The notes under the pieces were generated by a model. It ran no database searches, was not told the DNA's origin, and saw only the letters and a list, made by a program, of their open reading frames with translations. A DNA stretch of 64,000 bases from Trichosphaerium sp. ATCC 40318 (Eukaryota > Protista > Tubulinea): positions 186,001 through 250,000 of the forward strand of contig JALMLS010000015.1 in assembly GCA_038496445.1 (NCBI GenBank). Direction: 5' to 3'. The number at the start of each line of letters is the position of its first letter. Positions within the stretch are counted from its first letter, which is position 1. Of the stretch, positions 1-15,566 are shown piece after piece. Position numbers and translations under genes: made by a program.

Positions 1-295
1 GTTTGGTGTTAGTCAAAGATGTAGTGCTTTTTGCAGCGCAAATATTGAATACATTACCAACTTGCGTACAAATATAGCTACAGGCGCAGTTTAGCGTTCC
101 GTTAACAATATTCTACGCAATGCGCCTGCTGCACACTAAAAACAAACTCTGCTATACTATCTCCGCTCAAAAGGCCTTTAAAAAAACAAACGCAAAACAT
201 GGCACTTAAGGCACAGCGAAAACTCTAAAAATTTGGAAAACGCAGGTCGCAGTCCCAGCCAAGAAAAAGACTAACATCAACTAATCTTAGGTAGC

Positions 296-2834
<2,539 letters not shown>

Positions 2835-3226
2835 CTCGAAAAACAAATAATAAAGAAAAACACTCAAAAAAATTTTGGACTGATGATTGGTTGTGTACAT
2901 GGGTCAGGTGGGTTTTGTTTGGCAAACCAGCAACGGTTTTTTTAAAATTGATGGTGGTGATTCCTTCATTTGCGGTTTGTAAGTAAATGGTATTACCACT
3001 CAATTTTGTTGATCCAAGAAACACTATGTTTAGTCGCTATGGTAGATATTGACGCACTATGTTCGCACTATGGGTGTCCTTAAAATGTTTATTTGAATAA
3101 TCACTCCAAAGCGTAGATACACAGAAGTGGTTCACAGAAGTGTTTTAATCACAATGAACAACAAGTTTCATAATAATTTTGCACGTGCCTAACCAACAAA
3201 CGTACTTCCCGCATAACATAAATAAG

Positions 3227-4683
3227 ATGCTTAAAGATTCTTCATCTATTCGTTTGACCCTACAATTGAACATCAAAGAACCTAATCAAGAAATACTCTC
3301 AAACTTACTAAACAAACTCCTTTCACCTTGTGGATTACAATCCATTGAGGCAAAAACAAATTCAGTACGACCTTCGCTTTTCTGACCTGCCTTGATACTT
3401 ACGTCATGTTTAGCTATGTCAAACTGCTTTTACTACTTGTGGGGTATCCGCAGTGTTCCCAGGAAGTGGTCCTATTGAGGCCGTCGAAGTGACAATGGCA
3501 TCAACTGATGAAGCACAGTTTGTAGAAAAAGTGAGAACTCACAAAAGTTTTCTTCGTCACGTGTCTCCTGACCGTCGCGGTGATTGGATAAATGCTCTTA
3601 TATCCCTTAAAAATAGAGGTTATAACCGTTGGATGCCTAATTTTAAAGCAATGAAAGACGTTAGTTTTGATGGAGACCTTGATAAAGTTATAGCTCATTT
3701 GGATGTCCGTATTTTTTTCGTTCTTTGTTATCACGTTGCTTAGTGGTTTAATATTTTCTTTATAGGAGCGAAACGCCATTAGAGAGAAGAATAGAGCAGA
3801 CAAAAAAGCCACACGTCTTGGGAAGCGTAGCCGTGATGATCAAGGACCAGCAAGAAAACGTCGAAAAAAAGCTGTTAAACAACTTCCAAAGTCTGTTCCT
3901 GATGTACCACTGTACGTCCAAACAAATACTATTTATCACAAAGACAATCACCAACCCTTTAATTTAGTACATATGTATTCCCTAATGAAATAACACATGT
4001 CGTCATTGATGCCAATGCAATGGTTTATGCTTGTCCACCACTTCGTAAATTATTTCTTTCAAAAAAACCTGAAGATTTGGAACAGATCGAAACTGTGCTC
4101 ATGTCAATTGCTAAGGCTTTCTCATTAAAACATGAAAATATCGCTAATATAACTATCATCTTCGATCAACATAAACAACAACGACAAGTCAAGTACGTGA
4201 ACCATTAAGTCAAACAAAACTTATTTAAATATTTCAGTTTTTTTGCAATTTGTGCTAACTTTCGTGTAGAATAAACGACACCAAAGAGGTTCTCTTGATA
4301 GGTTGCCACCCTCTCAAAGTAGATGATTGGCTCAAACAATGGACTGATGAAAATGCTGTACATCTCAGTACAGCACTTGTAGCGACTTCTGATAGGTACT
4401 TACTTTTTTATTTTTCCAAGGTTAAAAGAAATAACATGTTAGTAGGAAAGTTCATTTCTTGTTGTCTGAGGCAGGCGTAAAGTCCTTTGCTACGACTAGA
4501 GGTTGGCTTAATATGGTTAAATCAGAGTTGATGCCAAGCGCTAAGAATATTGGACAGATGGTTCGTGTCTTTACAGCAAAGAAACCACGCACTGAAACAG
4601 ATGTAAAAGAAAACAAAGTTGAAGCTGTTGACGAAATGACAGGAGATGAACTTGCAGACCAGCTGACTTCAATGGAGTTATGA
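3227..4683 (+). CDS. Protein with C-terminal NYN/PIN (YacP/Rae1-like) ribonuclease domain, multi-exon
   Basis: Spliced frame gives THVVIDANAM...ITIIFDQ...KVDDWL...VATSDR...EAGVKSF, matching the acidic-residue pattern of NYN/PIN nucleases. The N-terminal half is not recognised. Confidence 0.6.
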
Positions 4684-5244
4684 TAAATTGTATAAAATAT
4701 AAATAAACTAAATGACTACAGACTGTATTAAAGGTAAAAACCGAATGATAAGTTGTCAATTGCCATTGTTCACAAGAGTTGATATTTCGATACATCCATT
4801 TTTTATGTAGTTCACTTCATAGAATTCTCCTTACCTAGCCTTTGACAACTCTGCTTTGATTTCGCTTTTGTTTTTCGACGCCCTTTCTTATTTTGACATA
4901 AGTAGCTATTTGAATACTGCAGGTAAGCTGGTATTGTACATTTCATTCAATTTGTCAAAAATTAGCTTTCAACCTCAGTTATTTTTCCGTAAAAGTGCTT
5001 CCATGCATAGTACAATACGAATAAAGTCCTTAAAGAATGAAAAATTTCTGTCGAAATAACGGCTGGAATAATCGTTAATGTCAATCATGTTTTCAGTGAT
5101 ACTCATCAGGTAATAATAGATTGTGCTTATACCTATATTCCCAGCAGTTGTTTTACCGTATTTCATTGAGTTTTGGGTGAATTCGTCTGGTAAACAGGTT
5201 TCAATTCCACTATTTCTTCCACAGCTTCGCATAAGCACCTCAAA

Positions 5245-6417
5245 ATGAACGCTGACGCAAGCACCAAACGTCTTACATCTACTTCATCAACTATTACGCC
5301 TTCGTATGATAACATTCCTCGTGAACTGTGGAATGTAATATTATCGCTTTTACACACCGACAAAGATCGATGTGCAGCCGCAGCAACATGTTCGGCACTC
5401 TTAAAGCTGATACATAATAATATCGGCTACGACAAGATATACGCGACCGAAGACAACGTAAGAATGATCTCCGAAAGCAAGGCAATACAACAAAACACCC
5501 TCGTCCTCGTTTCGTCCCGTTTTCTGAAAAGCAACCCTGACGAATCCGTTTGTTTCCTAGCTGGAGTGCATACAATCGATTTGTCAGAGTGCAGAAACGT
5601 CACTGACGTGAGTTTAAAAGCTCTTGCCGGAGTTTACGAAATAAACCTCATCGACAATCAATCAATCACAGATGAAGGTATAAAAGCGCTCGCTGGTGTT
5701 CATACTATCAATATTGAGAATACCAAAGTAACAGATGAAGGCGTCAAGGCACTAGCAGGCGTTCATTCTATAAACATAGGTATCACTGCAATAACAGATG
5801 AGAGTTTAAAAGCTCTTGCTGGAGTGCATACAATCGATTTAACAAATTGTGTCAATATCACAAATGAAGGCTTGAAACATCTTGCAGGAGTTCATACTAT
5901 TTCGTTGAGAGCAGGCAGAAATATAACAGATGCTGGCTTGAAGCACTTGGCCGGTGTTCATGCTATTGATATAAGCTATATGGAAACAGCAAAACTTGGG
6001 AGAAGGGGAATTACAGGTGAAGGTCTTGCGGAATTACAAGGCGTTCATACACTAAATATTGCTGGAAATGAAGGTTTGATACCTTCAGACTTGAATGATC
6101 TTACAGGTGTGTATGCAATCAATCTAGAGGCTAATCTCTACATGCCATCTATGGCTATCAGTATGAACGCTCTGAAGAGTGTAAAGGTAATGAGTCATGG
6201 TACACCAGGATACGGAGATGGAGACAATGAGGATTTCTTGTTACCTCTTGAGGGGATTGTCGTAAATACTGTTGAGATTTCTAGAAATTGGATGAAAGTT
6301 GTCAATGGGAAATGGGTTGATACCGGATCTATGGCACATCCTGATCTTAAAGAAGTCAATTGGGATATTTTAAAAACATTCGAAAATTCTACTGAAGATG
6401 GCATATTTTTTCTTTAA
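5245..6417 (+). CDS. F-box-like + leucine-rich repeat protein, intronless
   Basis: N-terminal DNIPRELWNVILSLL...RCAAAATCS is F-box-like. It is followed by about 9 LRRs of consensus LAGVHTI(D/N)Lxxx(x)ITDEGLKA. Confidence 0.85.
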   Translation: MNADASTKRLTSTSSTITPSYDNIPRELWNVILSLLHTDKDRCAAAATCSALLKLIHNNIGYDKIYATEDNVRMISESKAIQQNTLVLVSSRFLKSNPDESVCFLAGVHTIDLSECRNVTDVSLKALAGVYEINLIDNQSITDEGIKALAGVHTINIENTKVTDEGVKALAGVHSINIGITAITDESLKALAGVHTIDLTNCVNITNEGLKHLAGVHTISLRAGRNITDAGLKHLAGVHAIDISYMETAKLGRRGITGEGLAELQGVHTLNIAGNEGLIPSDLNDLTGVYAINLEANLYMPSMAISMNALKSVKVMSHGTPGYGDGDNEDFLLPLEGIVVNTVEISRNWMKVVNGKWVDTGSMAHPDLKEVNWDILKTFENSTEDGIFFL

Positions 6418-6620
6418 ACTGTTGTTCTTTTTAATAAACTTCAAAACCTTTACTCCTTCACGTGTTCGTACTTTATCCCTTTTTCTGTGCTACGGCAATT
6501 TTAGTTCTCAGTAGTGAAACCAAACCTATTGAACTGGGAGGTAGCTACAACAACATTTTCAGAAGCTTGGATAAGTAATCATTATGTAAGCATAAACAGT
6601 CTGTCAATGTTGCACTTAAC

Positions 6621-7247
6621 TTAGTTGACTTTATTTGATTTACTTGAAGTTTGTACAGAAAGACGTAGGGTGCTTTTAGAGATCAAATGGTGCTTATACC
6701 ACTTTTTTGATGATTTAATTGATGTGTTAATTGTTGGAGGTGTATAGTTCAAGATTTTGTGAAGTATTGTCCTTTCCCATTCGGCCATATCTCTGCTCTT
6801 GTCACATATGTCTCCTGGTACTTTATCATTTGCATCTGCATTCATAGAGGATGAGTTGTAATCGAGTATTCCATCAGGGGTTATGGACCAGCCACTCACA
6901 ACAACAGCAGGTATTAAAATCTTGACATTCTTCTTAGTTTTATACATTTCTTTTATGCCATTCTCTAGTTTTTGATGAGCTGTCTTCCCACCACGTTTCT
7001 TATCAGATTTGTATCCAGTACCCATAGCAATAATGATATGGTTTGGGAGGTAAATTATAATACCAGTATATCCAGTTGAGTGTCTTTTTGGCATTTTGTG
7101 TGGACTGTCTTTGCTTACCATGTTTTCGTAAACTGTAATTTTATTTGACTCTGATATCTTGATTGGTGTTCCTTTAGGTGGTCTTGTATCTTCAAATTGC
7201 CAATTGGTTTGAAGAAATGTCAATAGCATGTCTTTGTGTTTGCCCAT
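6621..7247 (-). CDS. Uncharacterised basic protein, intronless; paralog of 48115-48630
   Basis: ATG at 7247 (MGKHK...). Shares GYxGxIxY, AHQxL, VSGWSI, YNSxSxN and SRxxAxWE motifs with the 48115-48630 ORF. Confidence 0.8.
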   Translation of the reverse strand: MGKHKDMLLTFLQTNWQFEDTRPPKGTPIKISESNKITVYENMVSKDSPHKMPKRHSTGYTGIIIYLPNHIIIAMGTGYKSDKKRGGKTAHQKLENGIKEMYKTKKNVKILIPAVVVSGWSITPDGILDYNSSSMNADANDKVPGDICDKSRDMAEWERTILHKILNYTPPTINTSIKSSKKWYKHHLISKSTLRLSVQTSSKSNKVN

Positions 7248-7895
7248 TGTTGCTAGATAGATTGTTATTGTCAAGAGGTGTTGTCGTTGTTGTGAGAGTT
7301 ATGTACTTAACAATTACCTTCTTTGTATTCAGCTGAATATTCACGTGATCATTTATTAAGTTAAGTGTAACGTGAAATATCATCACAATTAATGAGGTAT
7401 CCATTACCTTCTTGTTGTCAACAATGCTAGTATGGCAAATAGGATAACTAAGTTCTACGGAGTTAACTAATACCGATATAATTTTTGGAGTGCACATTAT
7501 GTGAACATAGTTATCCCGTTCGCGGGAAAATAAAAACAACATGAAATGAAAACACATCTTGTTGTTTAGTTCTTGTGATTGCTTATTTTCTGTTAGGCGG
7601 AAAAGTGCAAGTTCGAGTGATTGTTTTACTGAACACGTGATTTTACTTTTTTTTTCATCAATTTTACGTACATGGGTCTATACGCTCAAGTACGAAAACT
7701 TTTGCCTGAGTACAACTTGGAGATATCTGAAATGAGCAAGCACTAACTCTACTATTTTCACTACGAGGTTACTACGCCATCCAAAATGAAAGTAGGTCTT
7801 TGGATCGGGAAGACTGTGAACTGTACGCAGTTTTTCTTGCCACCAAAATGAACTGCCTTAAAACGCATTGGTAACTAACGCACATTATAAAAGCA

Positions 7896-8570
7896 ATGAT
7901 TTCGGCATTAAAATAAGCACATACAGACGCTGTAGAATTTAATTCGCTACCAGAGGAGGTAAAAGCTGTAATGTGTGTTTTACTTGACGACGTCGATCGC
8001 TACTCTATGTGCTGCTGCTCTACGCTCTTTGTTCGCATTATGAAAAACACTGTGGGAGTTGACAAGGATGCCTTTAAACATCTTGTTAATGTAAAAGAAC
8101 CTATCTTGTACTTACGGTAACGGTTTTAGATGATCGTCTTAAGTGCTTTGAAAACCTTGAGAGTCTTAACCTAACAACTTATAACAGACGAACACTACAG
8201 AATGTTGGAAACTAAGAAATTTGATTTTAGAAGGAAATCTCTTTTTACAACAGAATGTTTACAACATCTCGAAGGCGTTGAAGAAGCTTACTTGCTTTGT
8301 GAAGGATCGTTTAAATCAAGTATCTCTCTGGTATACGGAAGCTAGAAGTTGTACGACAAGGTCCACACGATGCACCATGCGATGAATTGTTGAGTTACAT
8401 GCCGGTGTTGAAGATATTTGCATACCAGGCGCACATAAAGGATTAACGGCACAAGGTATTAAATACCTTTCTGGCGTGCATACTGTTAATTTAACCGAAA
8501 CGTCTGTTGACGATGAAGGTCTGAAGTACCTCTCAGGTGCTCGTAGAGTAACTTTGCATGGTACGTTTTA
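7896..8570 (+). pseudogene. Degenerate F-box-LRR gene
   Basis: ATG at 7896 with an in-frame TAA at codon 7, then EFNSLPEEVKAVMCVLLDDVDRYSMCCCS...VGVDK (homologous to the 5245 N-terminus). A frameshifted middle follows, then LRRs GIKYLSGVHTVNLTETSVDDEGLKYLSGA at about 8440-8560. Confidence 0.75.
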
Positions 8571-8795
8571 CTTTTGTTTTTCAAACACGTGATAAGCACG
8601 TGCATGTTGATTGACATTTTGGGGTGAAATCAGCATGCTGCTTTTGAATATTCGTTTTTCTTTGTTTGTTTGGGTTCAAGTAAAAAAAGCAAGGCCGATG
8701 TTCTGATACATTTTTAATGTTTATGTGGTTTGTATACAACAAAAACCGTTTTGTACATACGGTAGTAATTCACGCGCAGTAAAAAAAATATTGGA

Positions 8796-11700
8796 TCAAG
8801 AAGAGGCTGATTTTTTCTCAAGTTCTTTAATTTCTTGATCTAAAGAGGTCCACTCGCTAATAATTCGTACTAAAACACAGTGTTAAATAATAAACAAATA
8901 AGATTTTTAACAAGACAAATCAACACCACAAGGTCAAAAGCTTTTGACTTAAAGTATTTTTTTTTTGCGAGGATAGAAAAAAAAAAACTAATTGTTTGCG
9001 GCCACAACCAAGTTTTGTTAGGTTTTTGTTTTTAAAAACGTGTAGCGTACCTGCAGCTTCAAGTTTAGGTGTCTTTGTCAATGGATTATTGCACTAAAAA
9101 GAATGTTAGTTGGCCTCAGTTTAAAGGAATAAAATAAAAAGAAATAGGTACCAAATCGATTGTTTTTGCTTTAGATTTTGACTCATCAGTACACCATGTC
9201 TCACACCAAAGCCATTCCTGAGGTAGACTATGTATAGGTACCATATGTTGTAAGTAATTAGGTAAATCCTGGTCAAGATTGGATAAACTATTTGGGTCTT
9301 TGCTTAAACCATCATAAGTTGATCTCAAAGTATCGCCATGACCTTTAAGTCTCATTCTTACTAAGTCCACAACAAACAAAGCGCTAGTAAAATCTTAGTT
9401 AGATAGATAATATACCGTTTAGCTATCATACCTAATATGGTACGGTTTTCCTTGTAAGTGATCCTTCCAGTAGCCTGAGTCCCAGAAACGGAATCCTTTT
9501 GTTTCATTCCTCTTTGTCTCATGCTGACAGAATGGCGTAAACCCATAAGTAGCTCCCTTCAAATCTCTATTCCATAACTCACTAACATCAGAACGAACAA
9601 CCTTAAGATAAACACATAAGAAGAAGCAAGAAACCAACCAGGAGAAGGCAAAAAAAAGCGCACTTGGTCGGAATCAATGAAGATAATTTTCTTAACATCC
9701 AGAGGAAACATGACATCAAGGAAGAGAATCTTGTATCCCCAGATTAATCTCATTTTGGTCTTTTGGAAATTTAACCAACGTGGCCATCTGTACTGAACCA
9801 ACTCAACCTCAAAGTCATATTCTTTTGCCATATCATGAACAAAGTTCTGGTCGAAGAAAAAAAAGTAAGAAAAAAAGAAGAAAAATTCAGATCGCTGTTG
9901 AAACAACAGATGGTGTCAACTGTACCTTAAAGTAAGGTGATAGGTAGTTACCCAATAACCAAAACTTGACACGATGCTCTGTATTTTTAACAACACTTAA
10001 CATCATGATACGTGTTAAACGTTCGTAAAGATGTCCAGAAGCAACTGAGAAAACATGAATAGTTTCTTTTTCCTCTTCTTTATTTTCTTCTGGTTTATCT
10101 TCTTTCTTGTCCTTCCACATACTAATAAAACAAATAGTTAGCAACCCCATTGTCATAAAAAGGTCACATTGGTCCGAAAATGAATACGTACAACAAAGAA
10201 AGAAATTAAAACAAAAAAAAAAGAAAATGTGTACCCAGATACAGTATCCCAAAGGTTTCCACCGATTGTTTCAGGCTCTATACCATCATCGTCTGACTCG
10301 TCAACAAGAAGAGAAACATCTTCTTTACCTGGGTTCTTTTTAACCTATAAACAAAAAGTTACAACAACCCTTAGACTAACAACAGCCAATACCTTCAAAG
10401 TTAATTGAGCTCCACCAAATTTATCAACGGATACAGCATAAGCATCTCTTCTTTCTCCATCAATATGGTAAATTTCATTCGATCTACCACTCTTTATGGT
10501 GAGATTCCATCGACCAGGGTGAGCCTTAAGCTGGAAGTAGCCTTTTAAACAAAATGCGTGAGCAAACACTTTACGAAACAAACTTCGTACCCAAATTAGA
10601 CATAACAATTGTATCCTTGTAATTTGGGTTGCTTTGATTACCAAGAGAAAGCTCAAGTCCTCGTGGAGGTATTCCGCGGTTACTCATATCTCTACAACTA
10701 CCTGAAAAAAAAAGTTGTCAACACATGAAGCACTAAAAAGAATCAAGAGTCTGAACACTAACCTTCCACTAAAACGTGCGATAGTTGGTATTTACCAAGA
10801 ACTGTATTTTCATTTCTTGGTAAACTATTGAGTTTAATGTTGTCCATATCATATTTAGCATCATAAGACTCAATAAGCCAACTATAATCAAAAAAAGTAA
10901 GTAAGAAAATTACATTAAACAGCGAGGTGCAAACAATTGTCGTACCTGTGTGGCGGATGAATATTAAGAGTGTACAAACGAGTGGTTGGCACGTTTGTAA
11001 ATCTAGCCACAGCGTAGCTGTCAACAGCTCTATAAAGATATTAGAATGTGTTAGGTCATGATTTAGTGCTACGTACTCTCCATCGTCCGTAAACTCTGGA
11101 GAACCGGTTACATATCTGTAGTAGTTTTTAAGTGGTAACTCGGATAGTTCCAGTTGTGGGTTCAGTACAATATCGACTGTACAGTTGATGTATTGACGAA
11201 GATGCTAAAGATACAAATATCAGTACCTCAAAGAGCAAGGCATAATAGTTTGTAGTTAAATGTACCATTAACATAGGTGTGAATCTTTGTGTTTCTTCGC
11301 TCAATGGGTTCAAGAAAGCTGTAATCTTTACAAGTGCATCACCTTCAGATTTTAGAGTAAAGTGACTAATCGTAGTTAATATACAAAAGCAAAGATAACA
11401 CAAAATGTTTTACGTACGGTCTGACTACTGTAGGTAGCTTAGCAGATTGATCAGACTCAACAGCCTGTGAGTTAAGCAAAGCAACAACATAGTTGATAAT
11501 ATTAGACCTGCTCAAGGTTAAGAAGAGCTCAGATTTAACATTCTAACTGCGTACATTTCTTCAGCTGTTTTATCTTCTATTTCAGCGAGTAGTTCGGTTG
11601 CTACGCCGTTAGCATATGTCTCAACCATGAAAGATGTCAAAGAACGATAATCGTGCTGAGTGAATTTAGGTGCATCAGCTGCTGATATACCCATTACCTT

Positions 11701-14700
11701 ATTGTACATAAGCACTAGGAATAACGACTTCTGTAGTGGGCAAAAGAGTAACGTACTCTTCCATTCACATAAATCTCGAAGGCATCTGTTTGAAGACCAA
11801 AAAAGCTCTTACATAGTAATCTCTGTGAAGAGAATATATCTTCATACTCGCTTTTACTCCATTCAGATTTGAACATATCAAACTTATCTTCATTAAGCGC
11901 TTCCTTAGCAATATCAAGTGCGTTTTCTTGATTGAATTCTTCCTCTGACTTAATGAATGTTCGTAGTAATGTTAATCCTGTCTCCATATCATTTTGAAAT
12001 GCTTCAGCTACAACATACCTATAACAAAAAATTAAACAAGCTAGCAAAATACAAATAGTCGTACGCTGCTAAAACAAGTGGGTTGTTACCACTCTTACTG
12101 TTGTCCAAGAAACCAAAACGTGCTGTTTGTGGTACAGAATCAAGCTACACAATGTAAAGTAAATAGACAAGACTAGGTCAAACAAAAACGCACCATGTAT
12201 GTAATTGCGTTGAGCATTTCTGAGGAAAAAGAAGCGTTAGAGTTCATCTTAGTGTAAAAGCTTTATAAATACCTTTCTTGCCATCTTTAGATGATGTATC
12301 AATTGCTACAATGTAAGAAATAGACTTGACGTCATCTTCAGCTACATACAAAAACAGTCAATAATTATAATTCAAAAAAAAGATGATGTGTCTTTTAAAA
12401 CTATACTACGTACCATATGGAGCACTCAAGTACTTAACAGTATCCAAGGTATCCTTTTTCCGATGAATCTTTGCAAATTTTGCTGGAGACTCCTCAGTAG
12501 GTATCAAGTACTTATTATAACCTAAGACGAGAAGTAAACAACACAAGTAGAAAACAATTTCTACATACCTGGTAACCCTCCTTCTGTAGTAGTCAAAGCT
12601 TCATGTAAATCTTCTGTTACATCGTTAATATCTCCGCTTCTAACTAATGCTTGAATTTTGTGTCTTGTCTCAAAAATCTTTCTGATACACATGTTTGGAG
12701 CAATCTTGATTTTGTTAGTTCTATATCACTGTTGAAACAGTTTTTTAAGAGTTTTTCTTTGCTATGACATACCTCAGGTGAAGCATACTCGACAACATGA
12801 CCATTCATAAATAGCAAGTTTCCTCCATAGACACCGATTTCTTTACACCATGTATCAAGTTCAGCGTTCTCTATTTCATATTCTTTTTCAAGTTTTTCAA
12901 CTAATTCCTCGAAAGATTGTTGGGAGCTCATTGTCTAAATCATTGACAATTAGATTACTCCTAAATAAAAGCTATGTATATTACCCTGTATGATTTTTCA
13001 ACATGTTCCATTGTAACTTCTTCTGAAGCGCCAACAAAAGCCGAAACCTGAATAAGATTTTAGTCAGAAAATATTATAAAACACAGATATGTTGACGTAC
13101 CTGAGCTACGAAACGATCTGCCTTATTGATATCCAAGGTGTAGAAATGTCTCCATAGATTCCTCACAACGGCTGAAACCTAATAATTTGAAAGTGAGCAG
13201 CTAATAATTCTAAACAAAAGAAATTTACCGATGCTTCTCCTTCAACAGCTTCAGGTACGTGGAAAGCATAACCAACACGAATAGGTAATCTAGCAACAAC
13301 TTGTTGCATTGCGTGAGCTACTTTAATACCTTGAGAGGTACCAGGATCAACTAGAAAGTGTCAACAATAAAATCCAAAACAAACAAGGGAAGAAAAGTCA
13401 ACTCCTAGCTTTATCTCTTCGTACCTGCAACGAGAATATTGTAGATGTTTTTAGCCATAAAGTGTAGTTGCCCAGGATATATAGGTCGAAGAATAGCGTT
13501 TACAGAAGAGTCGTATCTCTTCCATCTATAATCAGATTCAATATCATTAGCCCAAGCAATATTCTCGCTATTGACTGCAAAGAACGGTGATGATGATTTT
13601 GGTAGTACACTTAAAACCTTGTGTGCTACATCACCTATTGTTTAAACATCACCAAGAGGAATCCAAATGCACTTTCGTACCTGTTATACCTACGCTCTCT
13701 TCCAAAGAGTCGTAGTTGAGAACTTCACCCTGAACCAGTTCTAATAGACTACAAAATTAAATTAGTAAGTATTGATTAATGTTGGCTAGAAAGTAGTACG
13801 TACTCGAACATACCACCTTGAGCTGGATCAAAAACTCGGCTATTAATCCAAACATGACTGTTGCCACGTTGTACCATTTTTGTCTTTGTCCTTAAGTCGC
13901 TCTACATTAACAATCAGACACGATTTAAACCAATAAAGGGTTAATACACGAAATTGATCCTCTACAGCTTGTCTTGATAATCCCTTGGCCATAGAAGGCA
14001 AATTTTGAGCAATGTCTCGCATGACACGCAATTTATCATCAGCCATGTTTATTCTGTATGCTGCTTGGACACCAAGATCTAAATAAAGGTAAAATGAGTT
14101 GGTTGTCTTTATATTTTTCTATGAATTACCTTTGATATCCCATGCTTTAAGTTGGTCCAAGTCTCTATCGTGAGACTCAAGATGAGCATTGAATGTATCC
14201 AATTCAGAAGCAATTTCACTGTATCTCTCTTTCAATATTTTAAAGTTAAATCCTTCTACATCAGTCTCGCTTTCGTCATCATTGGTTTCTTCTTCAGCCG
14301 AATCTAAACATGTGTCAATTCAATAACATTTGCGAAGACATGGTCACAAATGTTGGCGAAAAGAACAAATAACTTACCTTCAAGTTCAGTGACGGCTTCT
14401 TCATTAATAGCTTTATATTCCAAGCTCTTTAGCGCAAGTTCTGCACCGTAACCTGACAAAGTTTATTAGTTTAAAAACCCATTTCTAACATGACTCACCT
14501 TGAAGTTGTGCAGGAGTTCCCAAAGACTCTTGAGGTACATAAATACGTACTACATATGTAAGTTTATCATTAGTAGCTTCTGCGGATAAGTAATCGTGAA
14601 ATGCTGCGAAAGAAGGAGTGCCAATTTGACCATAAACAACAACTACATTATCAGGATTTTGTCCTTTTGGAAACACGTGGTCAGTTTCCCAAACGTCTTC

Positions 14701-15361
14701 GACATTGGTTGTCCTTATCAGAGAGATGAGTTGCTAATATAGACTTGAAGACTAACCTTTTGCCTAACACCTCTTTGAGCTCCTCTACAGTACATAGCGG
14801 TTCTCCTTCCGAAATAACAAACGTGACACATTCAGTAGCCTGAACCCTGAAGTAAGTAACATGTGCGTACACGGGGAAGGCGATGAGCCATCGCTCCGCA
14901 TCCATCGAAGAACGTACCGTGAGTTTTTTAAGCGCTTCTTCAGACAAGAGCGTATTTATGGCTTCCGTTGATCTTTGGTTTATCAATTGTACTCTAGGGT
15001 TGTATGTGTGCAAGTCTAGTGATAATAGAAGCAATCCGCCTCTAGCGACACGTTCATTAAAGCCGTAAACTTTATGAAACGCGTGTAACCGCTTAGGAGT
15101 GTCTAGAGGTAGTTTGACATCATTTAACGCGTTTACATATTGCCAATAGGAAACATCCGACACGTCAGCGTAAAATTCACTACACCAGTTAAGCGCCTAC
15201 GCTTGACAAACGCTTTTGTACCCTGCTTCAAGTTGTTTAGGATAGTCTGGCCATGTTGTCTCCATTGTGGCGTCAATCTTTATATTTCGACGTGCCTGCG
15301 TGACTGGCACCAAGCACGAGAAAATACAAGCGACTGTTAACAATCGTTGCAAAAACTCCAT
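8796..15361 (-). CDS. UGGT: UDP-glucose:glycoprotein glucosyltransferase, many exons
   Basis: Signal peptide [25 protein letters not shown]24 domain motifs [69 protein letters not shown]. Ends ...ELEKKSASS*. Confidence 0.95.
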
Positions 15362-15566
15362 TGTGACCTTCAATTAGCGCCACTCACGTGTTAAAGGTTT
15401 ACTAAGAGTGCTACCCTTGTCAGGGAGATAGTATGTCTGATTTACAACCACTTAACAAGCGAAGTATTAAGTAAGCCTTCTTTATGTTTGTTTTTTTTTT
15501 ACTATTAAGCACAGCGCGATACAAAAAAATTTGCTGTGTAAAACTTTACTGTCAGTTTTATTTTAA

